Shown here: one piece after another, positions 61,073 through 64,000 of the stretch
How the letters are laid out: the number at the start of each line of letters is the position of its first letter
How positions within the stretch are numbered: position 1 is the first letter of the stretch
Assembly: GCA_041601615.1 (NCBI GenBank)
Contig: JBFIHX010000005.1
Span: 40,774-104,773 of the forward strand
From: Thermoplasmatota archaeon
GTDB lineage: Archaea; Thermoplasmatota; E2; JACPAO01; JAHFTW01
Length of the DNA: 64,000 bases
Direction: 5' to 3'
Translations under genes and position numbers: made by a program
The notes under the pieces: generated by a model
The model's database searches: none
Told to the model about the DNA's origin: nothing
Seen by the model: the letters and a program-made list of their open reading frames with translations, nothing else

Positions 61073-64000
61073 ATGGTGGTGGGTCAACAGACTCGCAATG
61101 TCAGCAAGCTAGCCGTTCTCGGCATAGCTCTCCTCTTCGCACTCCCAGGAGTACAGGCCGTCGTCCCAGACGTCCCCGACGTCCCCGACGTCCTGGATTT
61201 GCAAGCAGGTACTGCAGGAGCAACCGGGGCCACGAGCCCCACATTCGGAGTCGCAGGCACGCCCGCCTTCGACCGCTACGCAGTCCCCAGCAACGTTTGG
61301 AGCTGGGACAACAGCGCCGAACCCACAGTAGGCATCTACTGGGACGACAACGGCCCCGACCCGCTCTACTTCAAGACGCTCTTCGGCGTTGGAAAAGCCG
61401 AATGGGACGACACCGTCTCGCCCCCCACCGTCCAATGGGAAGACTGGAGTCGGTTCATCGAAACCGCCAGCGGTGTCTTTGCCGACCCCATCCTCCACAC
61501 CGACGAAGTCACCGGACGCACCTGGGCCGGCCACTTCCGCCTCCCAACCCCCTGCGCCGACATGGCCTTCCGCGACCACGACTCCAGCAACCTCGACACC
61601 GACCTCGCGGGCTGGACCACCATGCCCGCCGTGTGCCAAGTAAGCGCAGGTGACCACGAAACCGTCGGCAGCGGCGCCTGGAGCAAAGATATTGACGTCT
61701 CCGCCGTCGCCACCTACGGCCGCGCCGTCTACTACTGCGCCCAATACCCCATCGTCAACTCCTGCACCGTCAGCTACGACGGCGGCCTCACCTGGCCCCA
61801 AATCACTTCGCGCCAAGTGACCGACGAATTCCCACTCCTCGCCTGCGCCGGCATCCACGGACACGTGCGCGTCAGCGAAGACGGCTACGCCGCCATCCCC
61901 CACCGCCAATGTGGCAGCCAAGCCGGATTCGCACTCAGCAAAAACAACGGCCTCACCTGGGCACCCCGCGACGTGCCCGGCACTGGCGCCATCGGCCACT
62001 TCGACCCCAGCATCAGCTTCAGCCGCAACGCCGACGCAGACGGTGACTACTGGACCTACTTCGCCGTCGCCAACCCCGGCGCCGTGCTTGTCGCCGCCAG
62101 CGACGACTACGGGCTCACCTGGAAGAACGGCGGCAGCGCCATCGACGTAGGCGCCTTCTACACCGGCCCCAACGGCGAAAAAATCACCCGCACCGAGTGG
62201 GTCGACATCCAAGCCGGCGACCACGACCGCGCCGCCATCAGCTTCCTAGCAAGCACCGACACCGAAAGTGTCGCCCACAACGGCTGCGGCATCAACACGG
62301 CCCAGAACAACATCGTCTGGAACTACTACGCCGGCTTCACCTTCGACGGCGGCGCCACGTGGGAAGTCACCAAGGCCAGCAACGACATTGTCCAACTTGG
62401 CCCCATCTACGACGGCGGCTTCGGCACCGGCGACGACTCCTGCCGCAACCTCCTCGACTTCAACGACATGGACATCGACTCCATGGGCCGCATGCACATC
62501 GGCTACGCCGACGGATGCCGCGACCCTTGCACCACGCAGGGCCAGAGCCGCCAAGACGACGGCGTCGTCCTGCGCCAATCCACCGGCCGCGGCGTCTTTG
62601 CCGCCTACGACGACAACACCCCCGTCGACACCGACGGCGATGGTATCCCGGACACCCTCGACAACTGTCCCCTCGTCCACAACCCGGACCAAACGGACTC
62701 GGACGGCGACGGCCTCGGCGACGCCTGTGACACCAACGAACCCGACGCAGACGGCGACGGCATCCCTGACGCCATCGACAACTGTCCCAACACGCCCAAC
62801 GCCGGCCAGGAAGACCTGGACAACGATGGCATCGGCAACGTGTGCGACAGCGACCGCGACGGCGACAACTACGACAACGGCAGCGACGCCTTCCCCGACG
62901 ACCCCACGGAATGGGCCGACTCGGACGGCGACGGCGTCGGCGACAACAGCGACACCTGCCCCGGCCATGATGACAACATCGATCTCAACAACAACGGCAT
63001 CCCAGACGGCTGCGACAGCGGACCCGACGACCCCGACCCCGCAACGCCCAACATGCAAAGCGGTGTCCCCAGCGTCTTCCAACCCGCCGCTGAGACTTTC
63101 GAGTACAAGAAAATCAACGTTCCCGCCGACGCCACGACCCTCACGGTCAAAATGACCGGGCCCGCCTGTGAAGCGGACGGATTCCTCTGTCTCGACCAAG
63201 ACTACGACATGTATGTCCGCGCCAACAGCAAGCCGGACCTCACCACCTACGACTGCCGGCCCTACAGCACCAGCAACCGCGAAAGCTGCACGATGAGCGT
63301 CTCCGATGCCTGGGTCTACGTCGGCGTCTACGCCTTCCAAGGAAACGGACCAGTCTCGGTCACCGCCACCCACGACGGCACCGGCGGCCAACCTCCCAAC
63401 GACGGCAAAACCACCTACTACTTCGACCGCGGCGACGGCGAAACAAGCACCGTCGGCAACACCGAAGTCATCCTCAGCAGCACCACCCTGCCGCTGAAAC
63501 TCGACGAGCCCTCCTTCAGTGACCCCGCCGTCATGTACATGCCCTTCGTGGACGGAACCACGTCGCCCAACGGCTTCTACGACCCCGCCCACTGGACCAG
63601 CACCGACGACGTCAGCCACACAACGGCCAATGTCACCGTCAACTGGTGGATGACTGCCCCCGCAAGCGGCCCCGGCTTCTTCGAGGATTTCGACGTCACC
63701 CTGTACCGCAACGGCGAACAAATCGCCAAAGCCGCAGCCGTTCGGTTCGCTGCCCGCACCGCAGCCGTACCCGAAGAATTCAGCGTCACCCTCAACAACG
63801 TGGCCGGCGGCACCGGTGTACTCGGTGTCCAAATCGACCCGATCAACGGCGCCAACCAACAGGACTACTTCCTGCTCTTTGACAGCGTTGCCTACCCCAG
63901 CCACATCGTTGTGGACGAAGGCGCTCCCGCCAACGACACGGACGGCGACGGCATCCCCGACCACCTCGACAACTGTCCGTACACGCCCAACCCGGGCCAA
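61073..64000 (+). CDS. Secreted BNR/Asp-box (sialidase-like beta-propeller) protein with thrombospondin type-3 Ca-binding repeats; 3'-truncated by window edge
   Basis: Signal peptide, Asp-box repeats (SYDGGLTW, SKNNGLTW, SDDYGLTW, TFDGGATW), then tandem DxDxDGxxDxxDNCP TSP3 repeats. The ORF has no stop before nt 64000, which is why it is absent from the track. Confidence 0.65.
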   Translation, partial: MVVGQQTRNVSKLAVLGIALLFALPGVQAVVPDVPDVPDVLDLQAGTAGATGATSPTFGVAGTPAFDRYAVPSNVWSWDNSAEPTVGIYWDDNGPDPLYFKTLFGVGKAEWDDTVSPPTVQWEDWSRFIETASGVFADPILHTDEVTGRTWAGHFRLPTPCADMAFRDHDSSNLDTDLAGWTTMPAVCQVSAGDHETVGSGAWSKDIDVSAVATYGRAVYYCAQYPIVNSCTVSYDGGLTWPQITSRQVTDEFPLLACAGIHGHVRVSEDGYAAIPHRQCGSQAGFALSKNNGLTWAPRDVPGTGAIGHFDPSISFSRNADADGDYWTYFAVANPGAVLVAASDDYGLTWKNGGSAIDVGAFYTGPNGEKITRTEWVDIQAGDHDRAAISFLASTDTESVAHNGCGINTAQNNIVWNYYAGFTFDGGATWEVTKASNDIVQLGPIYDGGFGTGDDSCRNLLDFNDMDIDSMGRMHIGYADGCRDPCTTQGQSRQDDGVVLRQSTGRGVFAAYDDNTPVDTDGDGIPDTLDNCPLVHNPDQTDSDGDGLGDACDTNEPDADGDGIPDAIDNCPNTPNAGQEDLDNDGIGNVCDSDRDGDNYDNGSDAFPDDPTEWADSDGDGVGDNSDTCPGHDDNIDLNNNGIPDGCDSGPDDPDPATPNMQSGVPSVFQPAAETFEYKKINVPADATTLTVKMTGPACEADGFLCLDQDYDMYVRANSKPDLTTYDCRPYSTSNRESCTMSVSDAWVYVGVYAFQGNGPVSVTATHDGTGGQPPNDGKTTYYFDRGDGETSTVGNTEVILSSTTLPLKLDEPSFSDPAVMYMPFVDGTTSPNGFYDPAHWTSTDDVSHTTANVTVNWWMTAPASGPGFFEDFDVTLYRNGEQIAKAAAVRFAARTAAVPEEFSVTLNNVAGGTGVLGVQIDPINGANQQDYFLLFDSVAYPSHIVVDEGAPANDTDGDGIPDHLDNCPYTPNPGQ

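Noticed and set aside
62246-64000. 584-aa and 371-aa minus-strand ORFs (62246-64000 and 61109-62224)
   Set aside because: Antisense to the plus-strand BNR/TSP3 gene, whose Asp-box and TSP3 motifs are unmistakable. That plus-strand ORF is missing from the track only because it has no stop inside the window.

Overview
GC-rich chromosomal segment of a euryarchaeon. Archaeal marker genes present are uS12 and uS7, aEF-2, aIF2-alpha, Nop10, a PAC2-type proteasome chaperone, archaeal AspRS, a family-B DNA polymerase, Orc1/Cdc6 and an aa3-type heme-copper oxidase. The exact lineage cannot be fixed from sequence alone; gene content and acidic secreted proteins would fit a marine or halophilic euryarchaeon. 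Contents, in order: (1) partial folD, a glutaredoxin and a lipoprotein. (2) At about 2.0-9.5 kb, a complete lasso-peptide biosynthetic cluster: HprK-like kinase, PqqD-like B1, B2 protease, GNAT, a 39-aa precursor, Asn-synthetase-like cyclase, ABC exporter and nucleotidyltransferase. This is the main candidate for a novel system. (3) rps12-rps7, followed by an accessory island of about 20 kb of secreted and surface proteins, including one 4,717-aa extracellular giant, inserted before fusA-aIF2a-nop10-PAC2. (4) A small lower-GC islet with a MazF/PemK-like toxin-antitoxin pair and a regulator fragment. (5) A UbiB-family kinase, a DM13 protein, aspS, a PQQ-type sugar dehydrogenase, an MMPL transporter and coxIII-coxI/coxII. 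(6) A wHTH regulator, polB, pcm and orc1/cdc6. (7) A metB-like PLP enzyme, bolA, fic, a CGFS glutaredoxin and secreted proteins including a BNR plus thrombospondin-type-3 repeat protein that runs off the window. A recurrent oddity is that five genes (rps7, fusA, aspS, polB, grx) are each followed within about 100 bp by one or more echo copies of their own last 9-22 codons. Most long ORFs in the six-frame track are antisense or out-of-frame artefacts of the high GC content. Several track start codons are GTG/TTG alternative starts, and the starts given below are adjusted where an in-frame ATG looks more likely.
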